Positions 16,795 through 29,700 of a stretch of 64,000 nt of DNA are shown one piece after another; position 1 is the first letter of the stretch; every line of letters starts with the position of its first letter. This DNA comes from Balanoglossus misakiensis (Eukaryota > Animalia > Hemichordata): positions 4,577,227-4,641,226 of the forward strand of contig CM082579.2 in assembly GCA_040954595.2 (NCBI GenBank). The letters are read 5' to 3'. The notes under the pieces are model-generated. The model had not been told where the DNA came from. It saw only the letters and a program-made list of their open reading frames with translations, and ran no database searches. The translations under genes and the position numbers were made by a program.

Positions 16795-17671
16795 TACCTT
16801 CACACGCACAAGGACCATCTTCTTGGGACTAGATATACAACCGTTATAGTATGTATACATGTTCAATGAATTTAAGATTATTGAAATATAAGATCAAGCG
16901 AGCTTATCAGGATAGCGTTACGTGCCATCAGCTATTCGATCCATGTACAATCCGAATGGACTGTGCTAATCTATGCGACGTGAAGACACACACACACGTA
17001 CAGGACTAGGCCTATCTCTCTATAACTTCTGGCAGGGATGAGAGTTTTATCTCCACTCGCATAAAAATAAGTTACGTAAGCTTGATCCTCCTGTTGGATA
17101 AGTTACTATCTTCAGGCGCGCGTTCAGAATGGAAAATTCTGGATATCGATAACGTTACGTTGATTGATGCAACGTAGATGACTTCATCTGGGCAACGGAC
17201 TATGATACCGTGACGTAAAAACACCTGCACGAATTTGATGGTGCTTTTTTCCCACAGGGACGTAAATCCAAGTATATGATACAAGGCGTTTCCCTACACA
17301 TCTAGACCAACTGAAATTTGTGATGCAAGACGCGTTAATCTGCATGCGCACCTTTCTTTTTTTTACAAAAACACAAATTATGTTACCACCGACCAGCCTC
17401 CCTGCTATTGCGGCTCTTGGCTTTTTATTAAATTACACGACCATCGATTCCCAGTTTATAAGAGTGGCAATTTGTAGACGCCAATTTACACCATGTAGCT
17501 CATAAATCTCCAACAGCAAAGGGATCAATCTTGGGCAATCATTCCCAAGAAATTCCTGCCTGGAGAATGGCATTTGATGGTTAGCGTTTGGAAAATGTGA
17601 TGAATCCTTGAAGTGCATGCCAATAACTTCTAATAGGCTTTTGGATGGATGCGTGGGTTGTTCGCCAGATT

Positions 17672-17674
<3 letters not shown>

Positions 17675-17707
<33 letters not shown>

Positions 17708-17751
17708 GGCAGATAAATAGATAGGTACGTACGTACGTATGTACGTACGTA
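17675..17751. repeat. Compound microsatellite (GACA)n + (GTAC)n
   Basis: Directly visible. Confidence 0.9.
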
Positions 17752-20647
17752 GAAAAACACAAAATTGGATATAACGGCAATTTGATAGTAAAGACGTGAC
17801 GTGAAACTGAATTGAATGGGAATCATTCCGCCCTATTAAATCGTAATAAACTTGCGTGGTTTCATTATAACTTACGCACTTCTTGTAGTTGTCCGTGCGT
17901 TGCACGCAAAATGCGATATGCATGTTAATGGCAGGCGCGGTGATTTTGTGCTTTCACAGATTTTTAGTTCTCGAGGTTTATATCAGACCTTGCCACCAAA
18001 CACGATGATGACATGGATGATGATGATGACGACGACAACTACAACAGAGGTAGTATAACAAACATTAAAATATGGGCAAACATCACCGATGATTCCTTCC
18101 AGTCTGACATGGGGAGTTGTAACTGTCAATATTCTCTCTGTTCTCTGATCCAAATCACGGACATACCGGTGGCAGAATGATGACATAATTATTGTTGAAG
18201 ATGCAAAGTTCAGGAGGTCGTTATCCAAATGTAATTCTAGGGAACCGAGGACTGTCAACTTTTCAAAGTGTACGTGACGTTGATCGGGTAACCTCTTGAG
18301 AATTTCTTTCCATCCATCCATGGCTACCGAAATAAGATGTTGAAATCGTAAACCTTCGTTAACAGTGAAACTGGGGTAACGGCTGCTGTAATCTCATTTG
18401 CATATTTCGATTGGGCCTGCCTTTCATATTACGGTTGCGACCGATGAGTTCCGTTTTCAATTATTTACTTTCGTGTGTCCGCCAGTGTTCGATGGCCATC
18501 TGATACTAACCCCTCGGGTAAGCACGTTGGAACAAGGCACTTTTCGTTTGATTGTGTGCACATCATGAAAAATTCAAAAGCGAGTTCCCTACCACGGGAT
18601 CTATTTTCCACTTTGGCGTCACTATTGCGACGGTAAGGGTGAATAATTCACTGCAACCACCGGGGCTACAACAGCACGTTCAAAATGCCTCGTATTCCAA
18701 ATGACACATCCGCGACGTGATTTACATATCATTATGACACGAGTAACCGATCACTTTTCGCATTTCGCAAGGCTCTGATACGCTTCCGTGGGTGTAGAAC
18801 GTTGGCTGTACCCCAAGAAGTCTAATTAGATGGCTTTGTGCGGTGAAAGCGAATTCTGTGAAACGGCGATATACATTGAACCCACCCCATTAACTCCAGC
18901 GTCCCTCGCAGCAATAACAAGGCCAGGCTGAACTATACATGTTTATTCATATGTTGTCCGTAACACGTGTCTTTTCCCCACGAGCTGTCGGCCTCTTGTA
19001 TTGAATTTCCAAGACCTGTCTTATTACTCGAACAAGAATGGCAGTTTGCACTGACAAAGCTTACATCGTTCCTCCCAATCACCAGCACGTTGACTGCTTG
19101 GGTCATTTCTCTCGTGTTAATTTGTGACCCGTTCCCTTGCTAACAAGGCAAACGTGTCTGTTAGTAGCGAGAAAGAGGCCGGTATCCGATATTCTCTCAT
19201 TATTTGTCCCACTGTAAGTTGTGAACACTAACGAGGACTCTACCTCTCTAGCTGCATATCTTCACGTGAACACGACATTTGCTGAATGAAAACACGGCAA
19301 TTGATTTTCCATATTAAATGACGTTTACTCTGGTAAAATTTAATTACTGTTTTGAAAGCGCGTAGGCAATACCTGAAGTTAGCTTAAGTGGAATAATCGC
19401 CCAAGGGATGATTATTTTAATTTCATGCGTAGGATGAAATTAGTGAGAACAGCCTTAGTAACCGCAAGGCCTTCCTGATTTTTAACCGGCTTCGTTACAA
19501 ACGCTGCGAATGCGGGGAATAACCTGAATAGTTAGCGACTCCCGATAACCCCATCCGTGCTTCATTCGTCTAAGCCGTCGAACAAGAACGCGTGACTGTT
19601 CGTGATCAGGCGTTCGAGACTTGTACATGTACTCTTTTTGGCTTGTTTTGCTCGATACAGCCTCGGAAACGACTCATTTCTATGTGTTATTGTGCATTAT
19701 GCAAAGACGTCATTGTGTCCAATCATTATTATCTTGGGTCACAGCGTTGTCTTCAATGCGCCTAACGAATCGTTAATAAACCGGCAACTGTCAAAATCCT
19801 TGATTTCACATGCAGTTCCACGGATCGGTTCTCTGATTGTTTATGGTCTACATTCTGGTACGTTGACGTTAATTGAAGTGGGCAGATGACTTGTAAAGAA
19901 AACGGGCCTGAGTTCCTCACGGTTCGAGTACCAACTGGCCGCGCGCTTCGAATCTAAGACACAGGTTTTAAATTCACGTGTTCAACATTTTCGCGTCTTA
20001 TCGTTTGCAGGGATTACGTGCAAAGAGTCGAAATGAGACGCAATGCAAACCAATCCACCGTGTCGATAATCACACTTCGATGACTACAACGGATCTGTCT
20101 GTGCGATCGTCACGATTAGCGAAACACGCGGACCGATGTGATCAAAACGACGGTAGTCTTACACGTGTTTGGGATATCCAGATAACAAACAAATCGCGCA
20201 TGTCCACACGATCGCCATTATCAGACAACGCCCTCTACTCATGTACATCATACCCTGTTTGTCCGAGTTGATTGATGTCTGCCTGCGCGCACATCTCTCA
20301 ACACTAATTGCTTTCCTTTGAAATGCCGCCCTGGGATTTACAGGCAGTTATCGAGGCCGTATCAAAGTGCCATCTTGAGATTTCTCAAACTCAAGACGCG
20401 CCCGTCGGTTAGGAAATATCAAATGATGCGTGCAATCCATTTTGTCAGTCAGGGGCCGCTGGTATGAGCCTCCTCAGTACTTGGTCTCTGTACTTGAGTT
20501 GAATATCAACCTGATGTTTCCCTTTACTTTGAAAGGGAGAGGACTGATCAAGTACGCTTGTATTGTATTCAGTACCAATGGCATCTCTAGAAGAAGTTTC
20601 ATTACACTAACTGTGGAAACGTTTGTGGATAGTAATTGTGAAAGGTT

Positions 20648-20673
20648 TATCATCATCATCATCATCATCATCA
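20648..20673. repeat. (CAT)n microsatellite
   Basis: Directly visible. Confidence 0.9.
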
Positions 20674-22871
20674 TTCTGACATCCCCCGTCACCAGTATGT
20701 CCATTGTAAAGGCTAGGTCGACGAGCCGAAGCACTGATCGAGAAATCAAGTCATGGACACGACGATACCAATTGATTGAGTTCTTCTGTGATGTTCATTG
20801 GAGGAAGCTTTCACTCACTATGTTTGGCATGTAACAAATGTTCTTCAGGATGCGATCGATGGATTCCTCAGGAGGCGATCGATGGTTTCAAAATACAAGC
20901 AGGCAACTAAAACACATTTCATGTAGCTCGAGCTCTGCTAACAGGGCGGAAGTAAAATGTAGAAAACGTTGACAAAAATATCAATGCCTTGCCAGCCCAT
21001 GCAGACACTGTACATGTATTTCCAGTTCAAAAAAATACACAGCGCAGGTGCATCAAATCATGTCCTTCACACTGGTAAATTCTCATTGGTCAGTGTTTAC
21101 AACAACTTTGTGCTCATGTCGGGTCATGAGCTCACGGCACATCTCTCTCTCTCTCTCTCTGCACCTTTGGCAGAACCACACAGTGAGAACAAGGCAAATC
21201 TGTGCGGGTCTACAAGCTTGATTTTGGCCGTCGTTTTGATAATGACACTGACCCAAACGCCCCCAACGGACGTCTTTGGCTACACAGCAACAAAATGGCG
21301 GACATGTCTCTGCACATGGGTTCTAGGCGACTTCACCGTCGTCTTCATGACCGTTTTGATGTTTCAGAAGTTCTGGATGTCGCCTTTTCTGAAATAGTTC
21401 TACTATAAACTAAGCTGTCTCTATTCCGTACACTTTCATCGCGCAAATGGCTAGCAAAATCCTTACCTCGTCTTCCGACAAGTTGTTTCCACGTGCGGAT
21501 GCTGTGCTCACGTCCATCCTCGTTGACTTCACAATAGAAACTGACCAAAGGTAAAAGGTTATCTCATAAACATGTCCAAAGGTCGCCGCAGGTTGGCGCT
21601 TTTGAACCTTTGTTAGTTTTATCAGGAGAGGGCGATACAGAAACCGTGATTGCCATCGACTAATAATCCGACAAACAATATTGACAGCCGTATCCACACT
21701 CATTAGGTTTTTAGTTAGTTCTTTCAGCAGTAAGGGTGCAGGGGTGCCTAGGAAATGACTGCTTTCACTCGGGACACGATCTCACAACTAAGAATGGTTT
21801 TGGCGATAACGAGCATATATTTCGCCACTTACTAAAAATAAATATAAGCTTAAACCGTCGTTCGATTTTTTTGCGCCAAATTGCATTCTCCAGAGGGTAT
21901 TCATTTAAGTGACAAACGATTTAAACTGAGCTTACAATGGTGTAGGTTCGGCGGCGTTTTGTATCCCGTTGAAATTGCACTTTAGTGACGTCATATGGAT
22001 GGATGAACGGAAATCATGTATTGAAAGCTAATAGGAAAAGTGCATAAATAGAGGGCTTTAATTTCAGAAGAAATCACGTGACTGTTCGACCCCCACTATG
22101 TCCACGAGAAAGTTAACCATGCATGCGCGTCGGCTTACCCGTGAATTAAAGTGTCGCTGACATTTCCGTTGCCATGACGATTCAATTGAAAATAATTACC
22201 GTTTCCTCGAGAAGTCGTGGAGTCTTCCGATTGACTTCCCTGGATAAATATCAACTTGTGACCGTTATGTCCTACTGGGTCTCTGTCTTACCTGAGTGCG
22301 TATAATATCACTCTAGACTCCCAGATACATTTGCATTCTCCTTGTGCGACGAAGAAATCAAAATGCTAACCCTGGCAGGCGTTGTCGTTAAATATCCAAA
22401 TAGCACCGCTTTGTGATGATGGAAAAAAAGCATGAGATTCTCCTCATATTTATAATAGAGTCGTTGGTCGGCTAAGGAGAAGATTGAAGTATTTTATTAA
22501 TCAATTCACGATGTAACTGTGTGCAATCAAACTCACCAGAAAGTCACCTTTAAATCATTAGACATAAATGGGTTATTTTGTACCCCGAAAACGTTTTAAT
22601 ACTTATTTTTGAACTGCATGTACTGCAAGACACTAGGAAAATGTTTAAAATATCACTTACATATATTTATTTCACCAACAGCTCTCAATCATCATGAGGT
22701 ATTCAACAAAACTAGCCTTTTCTACATGGAGGATAAATTATACATTGAACCTCCAATCATAACCTTGGCATCATGACGTCGATCCTACAGATATTACGTA
22801 CGTAGCCACAGCGGAACATGGTGAAAGACTGGAATCAACGTCTGAGATATTGGCTAATAAGCTGACTTATT

Positions 22872-23407
22872 TTACTGTTCTTCATGGCGACATTTTGCAG
22901 GAGAATTACATAAAGGTATACAACTGCCACAACCGTCTGTTTGTACAGATTTCCTTCCATTTGCAAAATGGACCCAAGTTGCAGAGCTATCAGTTGTGAA
23001 ATTCACAATAAATGAAACTAGATACACGTTAAACGTTATTTTCTTACGTACAGCCAGTAAATACCATTTACATATATGTACGAATGTTACCGTTTCTTTT
23101 TGCACAAAACATTTATATCTACAGTTGCTCGGAAAATATAGATATATATTAATTGAAAAATATAAAATGTATGTACTATTGGTCGAAATCTTTAGAATCA
23201 TATTCGGCCCCGAATAAAGCGAGTATTGTACCGGCCAAGGGTGATTGTCACGAGACGAGCACAGAAAAGACGGTGTAAATATACCTCTGTCAATGATTTT
23301 CTAAAAAAGATACCTATGAAAATCATGATTGATATTACCAACATCTCACCCTTCTTCGTATAAGGTTTCATCGTCCATCCTATCAAGCGAATCTCAGGCT
23401 TCGTCAC
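22872..23407 (-). pseudogene. Decayed duplicate of exon 2 of the neighbouring PROKR-like GPCR
   Basis: 23315-23374 matches 24429-24488 at 44/60 nt ungapped (hand count), translating MKPYTKKGEMLVISIMIFI versus LKPRLQKGAVLVISIMIWI. Weaker collinear peptide echoes continue in ORF 22872-23201 (YKCFVQK/YLCIVRK, RKK, VSFIV/VSFGV). Confidence 0.5.
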
Positions 23408-23798
23408 AGCGACACAAGCTATTTAAACATATGTACTGACGCTTGAGGCATAAAATGAGACGAACATCGCTTTGTTAAAATCGTGAACGGGTACGTCTGG
23501 TTCAACAGAGTCTAACATGCCAGCTAGTTCAAGAAAAGTACAATTTGATGAAAAATTAATTCGAATGTGTTGGTTCTCTCAAGAAAGGTGCGCTACTCTA
23601 AGAACCAAACAACCATGTTTGGTTTTATAGTTCAGTTGAAAGTCGGCTAAAAGATACATGGCGACTTGTAAATGTCGTCTGCCTACTTATACATTGCAAA
23701 GTACTAGAAACAGTTTCTGTTGATTGTCTAAGGGTTCGTAATGAGCGTCACAGTCTTTTATTTCCGTGAACGATACTAATTTTCATGATTAAGGCGCT

Positions 23799-26700
23799 TC
23801 ACATTCTTGTCGACTTGGAGCTTTTGCTAGAAATAGAACTGCCTCTCCTCGCCGACGTCCGTATCCCAGCCAGGCTTCCCAGCCCCCTCCTCTTCAGGTG
23901 GTTGTTGAGGCCGACGAACGCCCTCAGCATGGCCCAGCTCTCCTTGCGGTAGGTCTCGTTCAACATGTAGAAGACGACAGTGTTCACGATGCCGTTGACC
24001 ATGGCGATGGACTCCACCACGTAGAACGTGGTCATGTTGTTGTGCTGCTGCACCAGGATGTTGTCGTCGAAGTGCAGCGCCAGGTTGTAGGCGTGGTAGG
24101 GGCCCCAGCAGACGCCGAACGACACCACCACCGTCACCAGCATGCGGATGGTCTTCTTCCGGGGGTCGGCCACCAGGTCCCGCTGCTGCTGGCTCACGTA
24201 GCCCGGTGTCTGCCGGAACCACACCTTCCGCACGATGCACAGGTAACCGAAGGTCATCAGGAACATGGGCATGACGTACTCGAAGACGGCCAGCAGCACC
24301 ATGTACGACTGGGCCGCCGTTCTCCGGGACCAGTACTCCGCGCAGTAGCGTACCAGGTTGAAGTATCTGTCGTAACCGCTGCCAACCTTGCTGTACATCG
24401 GCGTGGGTATGGCGATTATGAATGACACTATCCAAATCATGATTGATATAACTAGCACTGCACCCTTCTGCAGGCGAGGTTTCAGCGGATGAAAGATGAC
24501 GTAGTATCTGGAAGGATATAGACGGATATAAATTTTAGAAACTATTACTCTCTCTTTTTCTCTCTCACCAGACCAAAACACGTGCGTGCGCGCGTGTGTG
24601 CGTGGTGTTGGTATTGGTGGTGGTGGTGGTGGTGGTGATGATGGTCTTGTTGCATAATCTTGATGTGTTACTCAGAGAGAACCTCTTTTCCGAATCGTTG
24701 CCCACGAATTGTCTGCGTGATGTGATTGGCCGAAAGTGTGTCACCAGGGAGATTGGCTTGATCACCGCTAAGATATTAATGCAGTTTACTCGGCGGCCGT
24801 TAGCAGAGACCTCCGGCGAACTTTCAGAGAAACTAATGCCCGCGTCGCTTGAATCTGAAATGTCACTCTTCAAAGTATAATGAAATGCGTGCTGGGGGAT
24901 GATGGACATGTGGTAATTGGGTTGCCTCTCGCGTGTAGTTTGCAAATAAAGCATATCCTTCGAGTGGCAATAACCTCGCCGAGAAGACAAGAGCACACGA
25001 ACTTTTGAATTCTCTCCCTCCCCAAGTGCATAAGGCTTATATGCATTTTACAGTTGTAAAATGGTGTAGGAACCATCGTACTGAAGATGCCCCCCCCCCC
25101 CCTCCGGAACTAGGCTAGGCCTATATCCCTATACGTCGCAGATTTAGTATCCAACAATACGCCCTCCGTCTATATAACATCTGCTCTTTGTAACCATGAC
25201 TGCAACAGGGCTAACTCCCATATAAATAATAGAGGGACGCTAAAAGCTCACAGTGCCTGGGCTTTAACATAGCCAGCAGCTCAGGCAACCATTTGATGTA
25301 AATTTGCACCTTGTATACTATAGGGCGGTTTTATTTTAAGCTCAACGACTTCGTTCACGGTCACGCTTTTCTAGCTGACGGATGCAAATTTACCGTTTCC
25401 CCGGGCAGGCCACCATCTCAAAGTGACGTGCAACGTTGGAATGCCCGAAGGAGGTTTCGGCAGATGTCAAAAACTGGCCCAGAACGTGGGGTCGTTGAGA
25501 GTGTATGCACACTGAGCTTCGTGTCTTCCTCATCATGGCAGTAACCTGCCGCAACGAGAATTCATAAAGTCGCGGATGTTTTGTGATTATCATTTGGCAA
25601 GCACTTTGATTTTGTGTTTCTTAATTAGACGGATATGTCTTGGATCCGCTTGCTCCTTGAATCTGCAGAATGGAACATTCGGGCCATGGGTTATTATTGA
25701 GCATTATGCGTGTTTACTGGATCGATGGCGCCCATACGAGAATACTGATGTCTGAGATGCTTTTGCCATTTGTTACGAATGTATAATTCGCATACTTTAC
25801 ATCATCGGACAAGAAAATGAATATCAAACAGAAGGATATTCGCCTCGGGAGTCGGGATTAGAGTCTGGTAGGTCGCTAGAGTCAAGCAGAGACCCACGAG
25901 GTACCCCAGAAGAGACGAACGGGTCGTTAGATTCGTGATCTCTGATGATGCCCCAGTCAATACGTTTCCTGTCAAGGTTTAACGTACTTCGCCTCAAAAA
26001 TGTTTATCAGTCGGTCCATAAATTTGTAATTTGTGAAAGAGTGTTTTATGACTCAGCAGAATCTAGAAACTACGACATGTGATACATATTTCTTGTTTTA
26101 CAATTATGATTAAACATTGTAAAAACATCGCCGGAGTGGCGGTCTTGATGTTAACCTTTCATATTCTAGAAATTGAATTTAGAGGAACTCAGTTTGTCTT
26201 CGAGAGCCTAGCGCATTATAGTTTGTTAGCGGCGACTACACCAGTAATACAGAATGGCTGTGGGCAACTTAATGAAATTTTATCTTACAAAAAAACACGA
26301 CGCATAAATGGATAGAGTTGCTTAACCAAATTCTTGCCTAATGTATAGCCACTTTCACATTTGCAGGATAATTATTTCTCCACACTGATGCTGAGTAGTG
26401 GCCATCTAAATACACACTAAAGTCAACATCTTCCCACTAAACGCATGTTACGACAAAATAGAATTTACTGACTAACGTCAGATGTTGAAAGTGCTGGCTG
26501 TTAGACTTGTTCGTGGCCGTGACATGGTTGTTGACGGCGGCGACAGCAAATAACGTCTATACTAGCACACACTGCAGGATTCTACCTTCCATTAACTCAC
26601 GGCATGAGACACTGAAGATTGTTCACCGCGCTGTTTTTACTCTACTAAATGCCATTTATGCTCTTGTAACGCAAGTGGATGCTGCAATAGCTACTTCTGA

Positions 26701-29700
26701 AATTCGCGTAGACGACGAAAACATGGTACTGACAGCGTGCCGTAGGCCACTCTGCCTGCACTAACATTATGACAGCCCGCCGGCATATTCCACTGACAAG
26801 AATTACTCGGGGCGTCGGTGTGTGTCTTGGACCCAATGGAATAAGAATGTCATCCGATGGTACACACACTTGTTGGCTTCATCGAGCAAAACAAACATGC
26901 TTTAAAAAGAGAAGTGTAGAGCTCTGTCCGTTTTGGCGGTGATAGAAAGTTAGCACAAAGGCATCGAGTGAAAAACAACTGACGATAATATCAAAAATAC
27001 ATGAAGTTAAAGAGATTTGGTGTCAATATGTCACAGACGAACATGGCATTGACCTGAGTGGTCATGGATAATTAAAACTCGCGCATAGTAAACAAATTAC
27101 ATTGGTTGAGGTATGTGTCTATCCAACCTGGTACAACCCCAGTGACAACTTGCGTTCCCACTCAAGTGTAAAGTTGCAGTCAAACGTGAAATTCATTGTA
27201 TTGACGTGTTGTTGTGATAACGATCGAGAAAACATGAATTTTTCAGGAAATGACATGGCAGAATAATTGAAAAAGTTAATTATGAGACGGCACCGAGCGA
27301 TAATTCTGGATAACGCATCATTCCTCGCCGATGAGCATTTTGTTGCAACGAGCGATAACATTGATTCTTATGATCCGGTTCACTCGGTGAAGATTAGTAT
27401 CCATACTGTAAACAACTTTAGGCCCGGATGTGAGCAGCAGGGCGAACACGTACATGCACTTAGTCTCGGTTACCCAGACCCCCCTGCTTCTTCTGGAGTG
27501 TCCAACGGAAGAAGCAGGGGGGTCTGGGTAACCGAGACTAACATGCACTGCGCATGTATTTGCACTATATGTCGAGTCACGTGATAGAGAAGAAAATTGT
27601 TGAAGTTTAATCATTTCACACCCAGGTCGCTTGATCCAGAAAAAAATGCTCCGGAGGACTGTTAGGTATATAGTCACCTCTAATTTGCATATGCCCATAT
27701 ATGGCTAAAATCTGTGGTTGGCTAGCTCTCAACTTCCCATGTAGTGGTAACTGTGGGTTAATTTGCATAGGTGGCCGTGTACCTTTCAACATTACAACTC
27801 TGTTTACTAGTGTGGTGCATCGAAACCGACTCGGAAGCTCTTGAATATGGAATAATAATCAACTTTGTATCGTTTGTCCTCCGGCTCGAGGACACCAGTT
27901 TTCCTCCAATATCCGGTTTGGCGAATCAAGTATACGCCGGCCGTGCTGACGAGACGATTAAATCTGTTTCTCTCTGTATACCTAGCTATGATTTCGAAGG
28001 AGCTGGGTTGTAAACGACAAACGTACGAGATTTACCGCAAATCAGAAGAGATACCCGCGGCGATGAAGAAGGTTAAAAAATGAGCCAGTAATTCTCTTGC
28101 GTACTTTCCCCGTGCTGCGAACGATTGCGCAGGAACATAGTGTAATTTATAATCGGATGATTTCCGGAATTTCCTTTGTCGGATATCTTCAAATAAGACT
28201 GGATGTCTTTATTCTGTTCGCTGATAGTTACATGCCCATATTTGCCGAACGTGCAGAAGAAGTCTGCACAATGAGGTAGCGCGAAATTTCCAGCAATCAA
28301 GTACATGTACCTTACTATGACGCGGTGTCTAAACTGTGAAGAATCGGATTCATTGCATTATTTTGCAAGATCGCAGTTGCCAGTTTTACGGGACGGTGTA
28401 GTATTTCCACCTTAAAGATATGTTCTAATATGCGAGAAACTGCTAAATTATCAAATCGTGTGAGCTTAACACCCGTAGGTATATTACATCGACTATTCAT
28501 TATTTTTAACTGCCCCTCATAGTGGCATTTATACGTCATTATTCACAATCATAAAACAATGCAGTTAGGCCCACGTAAAGGCCGCGACGTCATTATAGAC
28601 TTCGGTGTGACGTCATTGTAATACCCTGTTTATGTACATTGCAAAATTCAGTCAAACTCTTTGAAAATGCCCACCTCCATCAAAACAAAACTAAATGTAT
28701 GTAAAGCATACCCCCCTTAAGTATCTATGGGAAATTTGCCAACCATGGTACATGTAACTATAACAAAATCTATAGCAAACGTGCGTTAAATACTAGTAGC
28801 TTGCTTGAAGCCGCGCCTAAAACATTCAGCGATATAAAAACTGCAGTAACATCTCCTGAAGCAACACACGTACAATGGTCGATCTAAAAAGTAAAACAAG
28901 AAACATCCTTCAGCGCGTAACGTATTGAGGATCCAATTTCTGCCGACTGATGGGCTAGTCTCGGGGTTTCCTTTTAATTAGCCCGTGACACGCATGTGAG
29001 TTACTTCCCATGTTTTAATACGTAAGGGTGATCCTTTGAGAATTCCACGCTATAAATTTAACTACGGCAATTCGAATTTAATTTTGCCGTGAAAATTATG
29101 AAAAAGAAATGCGCCTCACCGTATTATCTCGTCTGTCTTTTGACGAAATGGCAGTAAAACAGACCAGGCGGAGACGGTGCATTATCTAATTGTGCGCTGT
29201 GACTCATGCGAGGTGATACGCTCGTTAATAATTTTTTAAGAGGCGAGTTAAAAACGGGATGAACGAATCGTTACTTGGCGACAACTCACTGAGGTATCTC
29301 GCCCCTCAATTTGCCGAGGAAGCGATTTGATTCGAAGTGTGCCGTTAGTGAGTAACGCCGTTATATAATTGCCGGTAAAGTCGTTTTTACATATAGGCGG
29401 CAGTGTCGTCTCAGAATCACGAGTTATAAAATATACTGACGCCTTGTTCGTTCTTCACGTCCCTGAGTGCGAGGGGCTGCGATGCACGGCACTATCGAGA
29501 AAAAAATCACTTATCCTATAGCGAAATGGATGTTTTGCGTTACTCGTGACAAATTGCTGGAGTGTATCGGATTTCAATATAGGTATCAGCATTCTAGATT
29601 CCCTCGTCTGCGCGTTCGACATAAAGTGAACCGTTGATATACAAGAGCAATTAGCCACTGGTGTTAAGTCTTGAAAACAGGTGACTTTTAGCCGACCCAG

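Noticed and set aside
19392-19442. Two adjacent short hairpins and an rRNA-like TAGTAACCGCAAGG word nearby
   Set aside because: AT-rich 7-9 bp stems are expected by chance, and there is no extended rRNA similarity.
17983-20880. Protein-like ORFs at 17983-18321 and 20430-20834 with faint mutual similarity (GGACATAC.GGTG...CAGAATGATGA)
   Set aside because: Weak matches appear in both orientations next to ATG/CAT microsatellites, consistent with chance. No gene model is possible.
23827-24435. Long alternative-frame and antisense ORFs over GPCR exon 2 (likewise 30163-30700 and 62983-63933)
   Set aside because: Shadow ORFs caused by GC3-rich codon usage in real exons.
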